64,000 bases of DNA from a virus (lineage: Duplodnaviria; Caudoviricetes): IMG/VR virus record IMGVR_UViG_3300034170_000057. One strand, 5' to 3'. The translations under genes and the position numbers were made by a program. Shown here piece after piece: positions 1-8,425 of this stretch (position 1 is the first letter of the stretch; each line of letters begins with the position of its first letter). The notes under the pieces are model-generated. The model worked only from the letters and a program-made list of their open reading frames with translations. It did no database searches and had not been told where the DNA came from.

Positions 1-143
1 GCGTTGCGGATTTTGTTCAGCAAGTCATACGACAATTCCTGTGTGTCGATGATCGGCCACGGGCTATCGGCGCCAAATTTCAATCCGAAAATGATTTGCG
101 GAATCTTGTCGGCCAGTGGAGCCTTGCATTGGTTATCAGTCAT
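1..143 (-). CDS. hypothetical protein, partial (runs off window start)
   Basis: ATG at 143 with GAGGTG RBS just after the stop of the SWIM gene; open to position 1 (MTDNQCKAPLADKIPQIIFG...). Confidence 0.6.
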   Translation of the reverse strand, partial: MTDNQCKAPLADKIPQIIFGLKFGADSPWPIIDTQELSYDLLNKIRN

Positions 144-151
144 GGATCACC

Positions 152-1843
152 TCAGAGATTTTCTTCAATGACAATTTTCGACAGGGCCACAAGATGCTTG
201 CACAGGCCTACCGACATGCCGGGGTTTGTCCACACGGGAGGTTCGCCGTTGGAATAAATCAGGTACGCAGCACCGCAACGGGCGTTCGCATATTCCCACC
301 AATACACATAGTTTTCACAGTTATGAGCAATTAAGCCATTGGCTGCAAAACGATGCGGGCCGGGTACGGTGATATCGTAAACATGCTGCACACCAGCAAA
401 GGAAATATCTACGATTTCAGCCCATGCTTTGCGCGGGCGCGGTGGAGCTGCGTCGATACGGTTACGATGGTATAGGGACAGGGCGATGTTTTTCAGCGTG
501 TCACTCTGATTGGAGATTCGCAGCGCCCACATTTCTTTCGTGGATTCTGCCACACCGTAATCGTCGTCAATCACGCAGGTTTTAACACCGGCTTCGCGCT
601 CACGATAAAACGTGGTTTGCACGATTCCATATTCCATCAGTTTCCAGTTCAACTGATCGAGGTATTCATGCGCGCCGCGAATCAGAATGTCACCGTTCCT
701 GTACGTCGTACCGTCCGTGGCAATCAGCCCCGAAAGGTAGCCCATGGTTTGCTCGAATGTATCGAGTTTTACAGAGCGTTTGTTGTCGAACTTGTAGCGG
801 TGACATAACTCAATTGCACGCTGTGTGAACTGCACGTTCAAACCGTTTTCGCGGCCCTTTATTTCCGACACATCTTTGACAAGGCCGAGGGGAGTCAACA
901 CTTTCAAAATCGAATGTTTGTGGCCGAACAATTTCAGGTTCGGATAGCCAGTGGCGAACAGCGTACCGTCACCCTGCATAACACCGATGAAAAACGCTTC
1001 CCAATAATCTTGCGTGCGCTCAATCTTGGGTTGCTCAAAGGCGTTGGTCAGCAGCTTATCACCGACATTTAAATCCTGAACCTCTTCCCACTTCTCAAGG
1101 AATTTACGGTTTCCTAACGACACATGTTTCAGGAACTGGTGATCGCGAGTTGCCGTGATCGTCTGCCCGTTACTCAACGTGAGTTTGTAAACCTTTTTCT
1201 TGCCGGTATAAAACGGCGTAGTGCCTGCGAAAAGTTCGCCCTTGATGTTGTAGTTAATCGGGAAGTGTTCCGGCGCGTGCGGCTGTGCCAATTCGAAAAT
1301 TGTTTTCCAACCATGATCGGTCAGCACTTTCGTATCACCGGTCAAACACGTGCATTGCACAAGTACGCGCTTGTGTTTGTACAGTGGTTTGTCTTCACCG
1401 TTTTTGTCGAGGCCCACGATGTATGTTTCGTGGTAGCGCCGGACTTTATCAGGGCGGAACGGGTCATTCGTCCACATGATCCCTTTAACGGCTTTGCGGC
1501 CTGCTTTGGTCTTCGCGCTGCGGTAACGATGCGCTTCAACGTCCACCGCATTGTTCAAGCAAATCGGGAACGTATTCCGGATAAGTTCCTTGAGACTTTT
1601 ACCCTGACGTGTGAAGAACGTTTCCGGCATTGGGCGAGCGCCCAAGTTTTCGAATTTACGCAGCTTGTACGGAATGCCACGCACCTTCACTTGACCAGCG
1701 GAGCGCACCGGGGCGGCAGTAGATTTCCGCTTTCGCTCAGTGGTCTTTTCTGCTTCACGCGTGGCCTGTGTTTTCTTGGGTTTTGTGATGATGCGTTTTT
1801 TCTTTACTGATTGCACCTTCACTTTTTTAGTCTTGACTGCCAT
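152..1843 (-). CDS. SWIM-type zinc-finger protein interrupted by an intein
   Basis: After removing the intein the extein reads VQCT-CENY...GLCKHLVAL (CxC...CxH); Lys-rich N-terminus. Confidence 0.8.
   Translation of the reverse strand: MAVKTKKVKVQSVKKKRIITKPKKTQATREAEKTTERKRKSTAAPVRSAGQVKVRGIPYKLRKFENLGARPMPETFFTRQGKSLKELIRNTFPICLNNAVDVEAHRYRSAKTKAGRKAVKGIMWTNDPFRPDKVRRYHETYIVGLDKNGEDKPLYKHKRVLVQCTCLTGDTKVLTDHGWKTIFELAQPHAPEHFPINYNIKGELFAGTTPFYTGKKKVYKLTLSNGQTITATRDHQFLKHVSLGNRKFLEKWEEVQDLNVGDKLLTNAFEQPKIERTQDYWEAFFIGVMQGDGTLFATGYPNLKLFGHKHSILKVLTPLGLVKDVSEIKGRENGLNVQFTQRAIELCHRYKFDNKRSVKLDTFEQTMGYLSGLIATDGTTYRNGDILIRGAHEYLDQLNWKLMEYGIVQTTFYREREAGVKTCVIDDDYGVAESTKEMWALRISNQSDTLKNIALSLYHRNRIDAAPPRPRKAWAEIVDISFAGVQHVYDITVPGPHRFAANGLIAHNCENYVYWWEYANARCGAAYLIYSNGEPPVWTNPGMSVGLCKHLVALSKIVIEENL
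320..1348 (-). mobile_element. intein (343 aa) with LAGLIDADG homing endonuclease
   Basis: Block A CLTGDTKVLT, block B TATRDH, endonuclease blocks FFIGVMQGDG and YLSGLIATDG, block F VYDITV, block G IAHN followed by Cys+1. Confidence 0.93.
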
Positions 1844-2523
1844 TAGGCGTCCTCTAGGCGCTTCGTTACCCTTTCAAAATGGTACGGGTGCCCGGTTAAA
1901 ACCAGTAATTTGTTTTCCTTCTTTCGCTTCAGAATGTGTGGCAGTTTCAACCCGCTCAGATCCAGAATGCGGCTGCCCTTTTTAGGGATTTTATCCCGGT
2001 ACTCGTTGTACACGATGATATGCACTTTCGCGTCAGCCAGAGAATAGGAAAGCGTGGCAGACGGTGACGGCTCAAATCGGTCGAGGACGCATTTGCGCAC
2101 GTCGATTTTCATTTTCAATTTGCTGACTTGGTACGTCACGGTATGCAGCACACTTGGATCGACAACGAACGAAATATATCCGCCCGGTTTCAGGATGCGT
2201 TTCAAGTGGGCCATCATTTCCATATCCGCATTCCGCCACGCTTCAGGCCGCAACCAATTCATGGGGCCTAGAGCGTTGAGTTCTGGATATGCGAAAATAT
2301 AGGAAAAGCATTCGTCTTTGATTTTGCGCAGGTTATGCAGCAACGTACCCTGCCAGACGTTAATGTCTTCGTCTTCGTTGGCCCAGCGACGGAACGGCAC
2401 ATTCTGATTGTGGAAGGCGACGATAGATCCGTCGTGTTCTTCACAGCGTGCGATGGATGGGATATCCCCAACCACCACGCAGCCACAATTAAAATGATTA
2501 ATCATCGTGTCTAAGTGACTCAT
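1843..2523 (-). CDS. degenerate beta-class N6/N4 DNA methyltransferase-like protein
   Basis: QGTLLHNLRKIKDECFSYIFAYPE and LKRILKPGGYISFV match the MTase scaffold; DPPY and FxGxG are not intact. Start placed at ATG 2523 (GGTG RBS); ORF track starts at 2583. Confidence 0.5.
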   Translation of the reverse strand: MSHLDTMINHFNCGCVVVGDIPSIARCEEHDGSIVAFHNQNVPFRRWANEDEDINVWQGTLLHNLRKIKDECFSYIFAYPELNALGPMNWLRPEAWRNADMEMMAHLKRILKPGGYISFVVDPSVLHTVTYQVSKLKMKIDVRKCVLDRFEPSPSATLSYSLADAKVHIIVYNEYRDKIPKKGSRILDLSGLKLPHILKRKKENKLLVLTGHPYHFERVTKRLEDA

Positions 2524-2818
2524 GCATTTCACCGCCGTTTTCCCAGTGCTGCACGCGGCTGATAAAAAGTCCGTAGTCCACAATCACCGAGAGCGGTAGT
2601 TCGTTCAACATGCGGACAGGTTCATTATTCACGGTCACGTCGTAAATAAGACGCGGGATATTTTCGGAGGTATCGAGGCTGGCGACGAACGCGTAATACT
2701 GTTCGTTAAGCTCGACCGTGTGGTATATCAACACCGAGTCTTTTACCAGTTGCAATTGGTTCAAGAGGTTGGCTGATTTCTGGAATAGTTCCGAGAAACA
2801 CGGGGTTATTGTTGGCAT
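2498..2818 (-). CDS. hypothetical protein
   Basis: 106-aa ORF filling the gap between co-oriented genes; start uncertain (overlaps upstream gene). Confidence 0.45.
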   Translation of the reverse strand: MPTITPCFSELFQKSANLLNQLQLVKDSVLIYHTVELNEQYYAFVASLDTSENIPRLIYDVTVNNEPVRMLNELPLSVIVDYGLFISRVQHWENGGEMHESLRHDD

Positions 2819-3464
2819 CGGTCAGCGCGTCCATGTAGGATTTAACGAGCGGCGATTTTTCGATTTGTTGCAGTGCCCCAACGTAGAACCATTCGAGTTC
2901 ATGCAGAGTCAGGGATTTGTAATCGCCCTTGTTGAACTCATGCAGGAAATTGTCGCGGGATTCAATTCCGTCGAATTTGGGCAGAGTGAGGCCACGTCCG
3001 AGAATTTCCGAGCGGGTATCGAAATTGATTTGGCCGTTGTAGGATCGCGTTTCGACAAACGCTTTCCAGTAGAGCGCGAGGGTGTTTTCTGTGCGCTGTA
3101 CGGCGATGAAATCGTAGGGGATGTTTTTCACGTCCGGTTCAACGAGACTCAGGATATGTTCAATTGCCATGAGTTCGATTTGAGCGGCAACAAAAGCCGG
3201 ACGCGTGATTAATACGCGGGCGCCGTCTTCGGTTATTGTGGCTTGTGCGCGCAGCCTATTTGCCTTGGTTTCTTGCGTGTCATCCAAAGCCACTTGGGCC
3301 GCTGTTTGACGGAAGGCGCTGCGATGGGATTCTGCAAAGGCGATTGCCATAGCATGCTTACGGTCTTCGCGAAGTTCGTATAATACGCGTGCGAATTCCG
3401 TATGGGTAAAGCATGAGGCCCCTAAGCGATAAACGATTTGATCCAGCGAGTGCAGCCAGTGCAT
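2706..3464 (-). CDS. hypothetical protein
   Basis: 252-aa ORF on the local coding strand. Confidence 0.65.
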   Translation of the reverse strand: MHWLHSLDQIVYRLGASCFTHTEFARVLYELREDRKHAMAIAFAESHRSAFRQTAAQVALDDTQETKANRLRAQATITEDGARVLITRPAFVAAQIELMAIEHILSLVEPDVKNIPYDFIAVQRTENTLALYWKAFVETRSYNGQINFDTRSEILGRGLTLPKFDGIESRDNFLHEFNKGDYKSLTLHELEWFYVGALQQIEKSPLVKSYMDALTDANNNPVFLGTIPEISQPLEPIATGKRLGVDIPHGRA

Positions 3465-3469
3465 ACGAG

Positions 3470-3491
3470 AAAAGGGGCCAGCGGCCCCTTT
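3470..3491 (-). terminator. intrinsic terminator
   Basis: GGGGCC-GCT-GGCCCC followed by TTTT on the minus strand, downstream of gene 3517-4116. Confidence 0.75.
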
Positions 3492-3516
3492 CCCTTAGCC
3501 TAGACGGCGGTTCGAA

Positions 3517-4116
3517 TTAGTCTTCGAATTCGTCGTAGTCTTTCTTGGCTTTTTTCTTGTCGCCTTTTTTCACTTTCTTGGCGTCAGCGTCTTTCGACTT
3601 TTTCTTTTTCTTCGGAGCGTCGGTTTCTACGTCCTTGGACTTGGTTTTCTTTTTCTTGGCCGGAGCTTCGTCGGAGTCTTTCGACTTCTTGGATTTCTTG
3701 GCTGGAGCTTCGTCGGCGTCTTTCGACTTCTTGGACTTCTTGGCCGGGGCTTCGTCCTTCACAGCCTTGGCGCCTTTCTTGGCTTTCTTGGCTGGGGCTT
3801 CGTCTTCAACCTTGGCGCCTTTCTTGGATTTCTTGGCTGGAGCTTCGTCGTCAGCTTTGGCGGCTTTCTTGCCACCTTTGGCTGGCTTGGCGTCGGCCTT
3901 GGCAGCAGCTTTCTTGCCGCCCTTGGCTGCTTTGATCGGCTCGCCGCTCATTTGTGCTTCGAGGGCAGCGATTTGATCGGCAACTTCGGTCGCTTGACCG
4001 TTGGTTACGTCCAGTGCTTTTTCTTGCGCTTTGCTGGATTGTTCCAGAGCGCGCTGCTGCTTGCGCAGACGACCGATTTCGGATTTGCCGTTAATGGTCA
4101 AGTCATTTTTAGCCAT
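3517..4116 (-). CDS. histone H1-like Lys/Ala-rich repeat protein with N-terminal coiled coil
   Basis: Five DEAPAKK repeats (~14-16 aa period), very Lys-rich, acidic C-terminal tip. Confidence 0.7.
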   Translation of the reverse strand: MAKNDLTINGKSEIGRLRKQQRALEQSSKAQEKALDVTNGQATEVADQIAALEAQMSGEPIKAAKGGKKAAAKADAKPAKGGKKAAKADDEAPAKKSKKGAKVEDEAPAKKAKKGAKAVKDEAPAKKSKKSKDADEAPAKKSKKSKDSDEAPAKKKKTKSKDVETDAPKKKKKSKDADAKKVKKGDKKKAKKDYDEFED

Positions 4117-4158
4117 GATGCGTGTTCCCTATTTTTTTGAAAAAGTCGTTTTTTGGCG

Positions 4159-4188
4159 AAAAGAAACCCGGCTGTTACACCGGGTTCC
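4159..4188 (-). terminator. intrinsic terminator
   Basis: GGAACCCGG-TGTAACAG-CCGGGTTTC then TTTT on the minus strand. Confidence 0.7.
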
Positions 4189-4254
4189 TAGAAATCTCAG
4201 GACGAAAGAAGTCGGAGAATTTCTTTGAATCAGATCAGAAGATCAGGTGACGAT

Positions 4255-4662
4255 TTATTCGTCGTCTTCTTCCTCTTCTTCCTCTTCTTCCTCTTCTTCC
4301 TCTTCTTCCTCTTCTTCCTCTTCTTCCTCTTCTTCCTCTTCTTCCTCTTCTTCCTCTTCTTCCTCTTCCTCCTCTTCCTCCTCTTCTTCCTCTTCCTCTT
4401 CTTCCTCTTCCTCTTCTTCCTCTTCCTCTTCTTCCTCTTCCTCTTCTTCCTCTTCCTCATCGCCTTCGATCAGCTGTTGCAGCGCGCCCACCACGTCGTC
4501 GATGGTTTCCAGACCTTTGTCTTGGAACGCCAACAGGATTTGCGTGAGAATATCGAGGTTCAGCAGGTTGAGGTCTTCAGCAGTGATTTCCACTGCTTTT
4601 TTCTTTTTCGGTGCTGCTTTGGCTTTGGACTTGGCAGGGGATTTTTTTGCTGGCTTAGCCAT
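4255..4662 (-). CDS. basic-N-terminus / poly-glutamate protein
   Basis: MAKPAKKSPAKSKAKAAPKKKK, a helical middle, then 64 consecutive Glu; GGAG RBS; motif copy 42 nt upstream. Confidence 0.8.
   Translation of the reverse strand: MAKPAKKSPAKSKAKAAPKKKKAVEITAEDLNLLNLDILTQILLAFQDKGLETIDDVVGALQQLIEGDEEEEEEEEEEEEEEEEEEEEEEEEEEEEEEEEEEEEEEEEEEEEEEEEEEEEEEEEEEEEEEEEDDE
4267..4458. repeat. purine-only GAA/GAG tandem repeat (9-nt then 15-nt periods) encoding poly-Glu
   Basis: (TCTTCTTCC)n then (CTCTTCTTCCTCTTC)n on the plus strand. Confidence 0.95.
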
Positions 4663-4703
4663 GGGTAACTCCGATATGTGATTTGATGTTTATTGCTGAT
4701 AGA

Positions 4704-4713
4704 TATTTACAGT
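4704..4713 (-). promoter_or_regulatory. ACTGTAAATA motif (putative phage promoter)
   Basis: Exact intergenic copy 42 nt before ATG 4662; near copy ACTGTAAATT at 4744-4753. Confidence 0.65.
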
Positions 4714-4809
4714 TTTCTTGCACTGTACTTCCCTATGTAGAGAATTTACAGTTTTGTTCGGGGTGTCGCTGGCGCTCTCAGTCGAGGTCGCCAACGTACC
4801 GGGTGTCAG

Positions 4810-5367
4810 TTACTTTTTTACTTTCTTTTTGCCTTCGGTGATCGCGGTGACTTTGGCTTTCTTTTTCTTGCCATCGTCAGACGCTGCTTTCACGCCACGG
4901 CCCGAAGCCTGCGAGCCTTCGGTATCGGCTGCTTTGATTTCGTAGTCGCCAGCGGACAGATCGAAAGTGGCAACGCCGCCGTTTACGTCGGTAACGATTA
5001 CAGCATTACCTTCGAACTTCAGGGTGCCGGTGGCGCTGGTGAAAGCCTTGCGGCGCAGTACGGTAATGCTCCCGCCTTTGTCGTCGCCCAGCAGTTGCAG
5101 AACGGCGCTGTTTGCGAACACGGACACGACCATTTTCTTCGAGGCGCTGGTGGCCTTGTGGCGGAACACGGTGGTGGTCGCGGAACGGTTCATCAGGTAG
5201 CCCGGAACTTCGTCGGGAACTTCGCTGTAACCGGTCACGGTGAACAGGCCGGTCTTCATGCTGAACGGGGTTTTAGCGCTGGTGCCGGACAGCTTGCGAA
5301 TGGCTTTGTCCAAACGCGAAACTTTGGTGCGTGCTTTTGCTTTAACGTTTTTTTCTGGCTTAGCCAT
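4810..5367 (-). CDS. hypothetical protein with Lys-rich termini
   Basis: 185-aa ORF with strong codon bias. Confidence 0.75.
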   Translation of the reverse strand: MAKPEKNVKAKARTKVSRLDKAIRKLSGTSAKTPFSMKTGLFTVTGYSEVPDEVPGYLMNRSATTTVFRHKATSASKKMVVSVFANSAVLQLLGDDKGGSITVLRRKAFTSATGTLKFEGNAVIVTDVNGGVATFDLSAGDYEIKAADTEGSQASGRGVKAASDDGKKKKAKVTAITEGKKKVKK

Positions 5368-5372
5368 GGTTT

Positions 5373-6314
5373 TTAACTGCCTTTATGCTTGAGCTTGGAC
5401 GGCCCGGCCTTTTTCGTCGGGGCGGTGCGCGTCTTTGCGTTTGGGTTTGTCAGCCCGACGGAAACAATTACGTTCGCGTCGATATGATCGTCTTTGTTAA
5501 CAGCGTCGGCTTCGGCACCCGGCTCGGCACATAGTGCGGAGAAGAGAACCAGAAGGTTAGGCCGTACAGTGAAATTAGAAACATCAAATGCAACGGCAAT
5601 CTGCGTCTGAATCTTAGTAGCAGATGCAAAGTTTTTGATTACCTGCCGATACCCCAGTTCAAAGGTATTCAGCAATTCAGCAGGATCGGAAGTCTGACTG
5701 GTCAAGCTGGCTGCGTGGATATGTACGCGGATAACCAGATGAATAATATTTACAGTTTTCGATTTCTCTGCGGTGTACTGCGTGACGCTGGTAGAGAAAT
5801 AATCACCGCGTGCAATGGAAAAATCGAGGCCTTGTTGTTCGAACGCAACGCCGCCGAACGCATCCTGCAATTGAACGTGCAGTGTGTCGATCAAACCGGT
5901 GATACGTTGCTGCAATACTGCGTCTTCGCAAACGATCAGGTACTGTTCCAGTTCGAGGCCCTGAAGGAATTCGTAAAGCGATTCAAGCGGTTGGATTGCT
6001 GCGCCGTTGAACTTGCGGGTCAGTGGACGATAAAGCGAGATTTCGTTATCGGCCTCTTCGAAGTTTCCGGCTTCATAGGCAATCACAGGTGTGAATGACT
6101 TATGTGCCTCTACTACTTCATTTACAGTATTCAGCACAGCGCCGAACACTACTTCCACGCGGGGCACGATACGCACCGGAAATTCACCAGTGGTTTCAGC
6201 CGGGATATTCGCTTTATTGCGAGTTACGTTTTCCGGTTCGGCAGCGGTGCCCAACTGGCGTTCGCTCGATTGCAATTGTTGCTTTTGTTTATCCTGATAG
6301 GAAATGTCAGTCAC
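5373..6314 (-). CDS. hypothetical protein
   Basis: 313-aa ORF; ATGA overlap with upstream gene. Confidence 0.75.
   Translation of the reverse strand: MTDISYQDKQKQQLQSSERQLGTAAEPENVTRNKANIPAETTGEFPVRIVPRVEVVFGAVLNTVNEVVEAHKSFTPVIAYEAGNFEEADNEISLYRPLTRKFNGAAIQPLESLYEFLQGLELEQYLIVCEDAVLQQRITGLIDTLHVQLQDAFGGVAFEQQGLDFSIARGDYFSTSVTQYTAEKSKTVNIIHLVIRVHIHAASLTSQTSDPAELLNTFELGYRQVIKNFASATKIQTQIAVAFDVSNFTVRPNLLVLFSALCAEPGAEADAVNKDDHIDANVIVSVGLTNPNAKTRTAPTKKAGPSKLKHKGS
5747..5756 (-). promoter_or_regulatory. ACTGTAAATA motif, intragenic
   Basis: Exact copy read as ACT-GTA-AAT (TVN). Confidence 0.5.
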
Positions 6315-7597
6315 AGGTCAATCCTCGTAACGTCTACAAACCGCACCGTCGATTCGGGGCCGGGTTGAATGATTAAAGCGGATACCTTCGCATCCATTGC
6401 TTTCTCAAATTTATTTACAGTTTCACGCACGTCGGTTGTATCCGCGACGTACCCAACGAATTCGAGTGCAGGATGCGTAAGGCTACGGAAGCCCATCGAC
6501 GACATGAGCAAATGTGGCTGTCGCCCCATTGGAACGGTTTTAAGGCCGTCACGGTTCCACCGGTACATTTCGGAAGCAACGAAGCGCAGGCGAGCTTCTG
6601 GACGCGTTTGAAGGTATGCAGCGTATTCGGCTTCGGGGTCGGAGTTCTTAACCCGTTCCGTTAGCTCTTCCAATCGCTTGTTAGCCTTTCGCAACAGTTG
6701 CAGCGAATCCAATGGAATAGACTTCCCTTGTTCCGCCAACCGACTCTGTGACCGTGTAAGAGTATTTACAGTTTTCTGCGCTTCCTGCTGTGTTGCAATG
6801 TCATCCTCCACGTTGAAATGCATTCGCGTAAGCGCTGGCGTTTCATCCGTGATGAATTGTTTGAATACAGTGCTGGTCTTGTCGCCGTTTCGTTTCGATT
6901 CGGGAACATAGATTGTGCCTGCAATCACATACATTGCGTTATGGCCGAACGGCGTGTATTCAGGCATGGTCACGCGCCCGCGAATTTCACCGAAGTAACG
7001 CGGGGCACCCAAAGCAATCAGCTTATCCACCGATAGGAAATAATTCTCCTTGTCGCGATAGAAGCCTGCATACAGATGCGGTGTTACACCGGGCTGCGTG
7101 CGATAAATCAAATACACGCGCACGCCTTTGAATCTAGGCAGCACCGAACAACCCTTGCGAATGGTGCCCGTGTTTTTGTGGTCGTGAATCTTGCGAACGA
7201 TATCAAGGCACGGATAAACCAGCGAGTCCGGATAGGAAATGTCCGGGGCGTCCTCGGCGCAGCTAAGCGCATATTCACACTCGGCGTCGAACTGGCTCGT
7301 GGCCTCGACTAGCGAATATTTCATCCATACCACGGAACGCTCTCGATCAAACGGCAAACCAAAGCCGACGTTGAAAAGCATAGCTACCGTCGCCATGTCT
7401 TCCAAACTACCGTCGCACGCACCGCGCACGATATTTAATAGGTCTGATTTTTTCATGCGCGTACTTACCGTAACGGGCTGCTTAACGAGACGGCCCATAT
7501 ACTCATACGAATATGACTCAAACGTATGCGTAGGCTCACACGTTTTGAGAATTCCTTTTTCGTACAGGTGATGGATTGTGCTAGTCAGTAGCTGCAT
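6311..7597 (-). CDS. Sel1-like repeat plus degenerate NAD-dependent DNA ligase adenylation-like domain
   Basis: MATVAMLFNVGFGLPFDRERSVVW (Sel1-like); LPRFKGVRVYLIY at the KxDG position; EIRGRVTMP; MSSMGF; KVSALIIQ at the DGxVxK position. Confidence 0.55.
   Translation of the reverse strand: MQLLTSTIHHLYEKGILKTCEPTHTFESYSYEYMGRLVKQPVTVSTRMKKSDLLNIVRGACDGSLEDMATVAMLFNVGFGLPFDRERSVVWMKYSLVEATSQFDAECEYALSCAEDAPDISYPDSLVYPCLDIVRKIHDHKNTGTIRKGCSVLPRFKGVRVYLIYRTQPGVTPHLYAGFYRDKENYFLSVDKLIALGAPRYFGEIRGRVTMPEYTPFGHNAMYVIAGTIYVPESKRNGDKTSTVFKQFITDETPALTRMHFNVEDDIATQQEAQKTVNTLTRSQSRLAEQGKSIPLDSLQLLRKANKRLEELTERVKNSDPEAEYAAYLQTRPEARLRFVASEMYRWNRDGLKTVPMGRQPHLLMSSMGFRSLTHPALEFVGYVADTTDVRETVNKFEKAMDAKVSALIIQPGPESTVRFVDVTRIDL
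6412..6421 (-). promoter_or_regulatory. ACTGTAAATA motif, intragenic
   Basis: Exact copy ~100 nt upstream of gene 5373-6314. Confidence 0.55.
6763..6772 (-). promoter_or_regulatory. ACTGTAAATA motif, intragenic
   Basis: Exact copy (KTVNT codons). Confidence 0.5.
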
Positions 7598-7883
7598 TGT
7601 TTAGGCGCTCGCAGATTTCGTTGATTTCTTCGATGTGTCGGCGGTCGCATCCGAACTCAATGGATTCGCGATACTCCGGAATCGCTGACACTCGCACGAT
7701 AATAATTGTGTCGCCAGTGGTGCCAAAAACTTTTATAGAATCACCACCGGGGAAAAGGGTTAATGCATTGTTGAGGGCGATAGCCGCTTCGAAGGCGTGC
7801 ATATCAAGAGGATGGTTCGAAATCGCAATGGGTTGATGTTCTGCAAAGTTAATCACATGCAAAACAAATTCTGCCGGTTCCAT
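7581..7883 (-). CDS. hypothetical protein
   Basis: 100-aa ORF with GAGGG RBS. Confidence 0.65.
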   Translation of the reverse strand: MEPAEFVLHVINFAEHQPIAISNHPLDMHAFEAAIALNNALTLFPGGDSIKVFGTTGDTIIIVRVSAIPEYRESIEFGCDRRHIEEINEICERLNNAATD

Positions 7884-7901
7884 CGTTTATCCCTCGGTCA
7901 A

Positions 7902-8351
7902 TCAGCCCAGCACCATCGCGATATCGTCGTGCGACATGCTCATTTTTTGGTTGTTGTAGCGTACCTCGAATTCGCCCTTGTCTTCAACGCAGGTATAGAT
8001 CACGCCACGGCGCTCAAAGACAACCGAGTTACCCACGCGCACACCATCGGGAATCAGCGCGGCTAGGGTGACGGTGGCAGGGCGTGGCGGCTCCATAGAG
8101 TGACGGAAGAAATCGAGGAACGCGCCCGGTTCGGCAAAGCGCTGTTTGCTACCGTTGATTTCATAAACGACTACAGGGCCTTCAAACGGAACGGTGATCG
8201 TCGCGCTGTATTGGTCGGGAATACTCACCAGAATGTGCGGGCCGATCAGGGAGGTCAGGACCATTTCACAATCGAATTCATCCCGGTTTTCAAGCAGACC
8301 GAGGGCCATGTAAATGTTTTGGATTTTATCGGTGCGTGTGCGGTGCGTCAT
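7902..8351 (-). CDS. hypothetical protein
   Basis: ATG 8351 with GGAG RBS; the ORF-track start (8405) lies across a terminator. Confidence 0.65.
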   Translation of the reverse strand: MTHRTRTDKIQNIYMALGLLENRDEFDCEMVLTSLIGPHILVSIPDQYSATITVPFEGPVVVYEINGSKQRFAEPGAFLDFFRHSMEPPRPATVTLAALIPDGVRVGNSVVFERRGVIYTCVEDKGEFEVRYNNQKMSMSHDDIAMVLG

Positions 8352-8371
8352 GTGTGCAGGCTCCAGAAATG

Positions 8372-8403
8372 AAAAAAGGAAGGGCCACCGAAGCAGCCCT
8401 TCC
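8372..8403 (-). terminator. intrinsic terminator
   Basis: GGAAGGGCTGC-TTCG-GTGGCCCTTCC then TTTTTT. Confidence 0.85.
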
Positions 8404-8425
8404 ATTCTGATTTACAGTTTCACAG

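Noticed and set aside
4225-4681. Poly-Ser, poly-Phe/Leu and Arg/Lys ORFs over the GAA repeat
   Set aside because: Alternative frames of the poly-Glu repeat; only the 4255-4662 frame has an RBS, upstream motif and complex N-terminus
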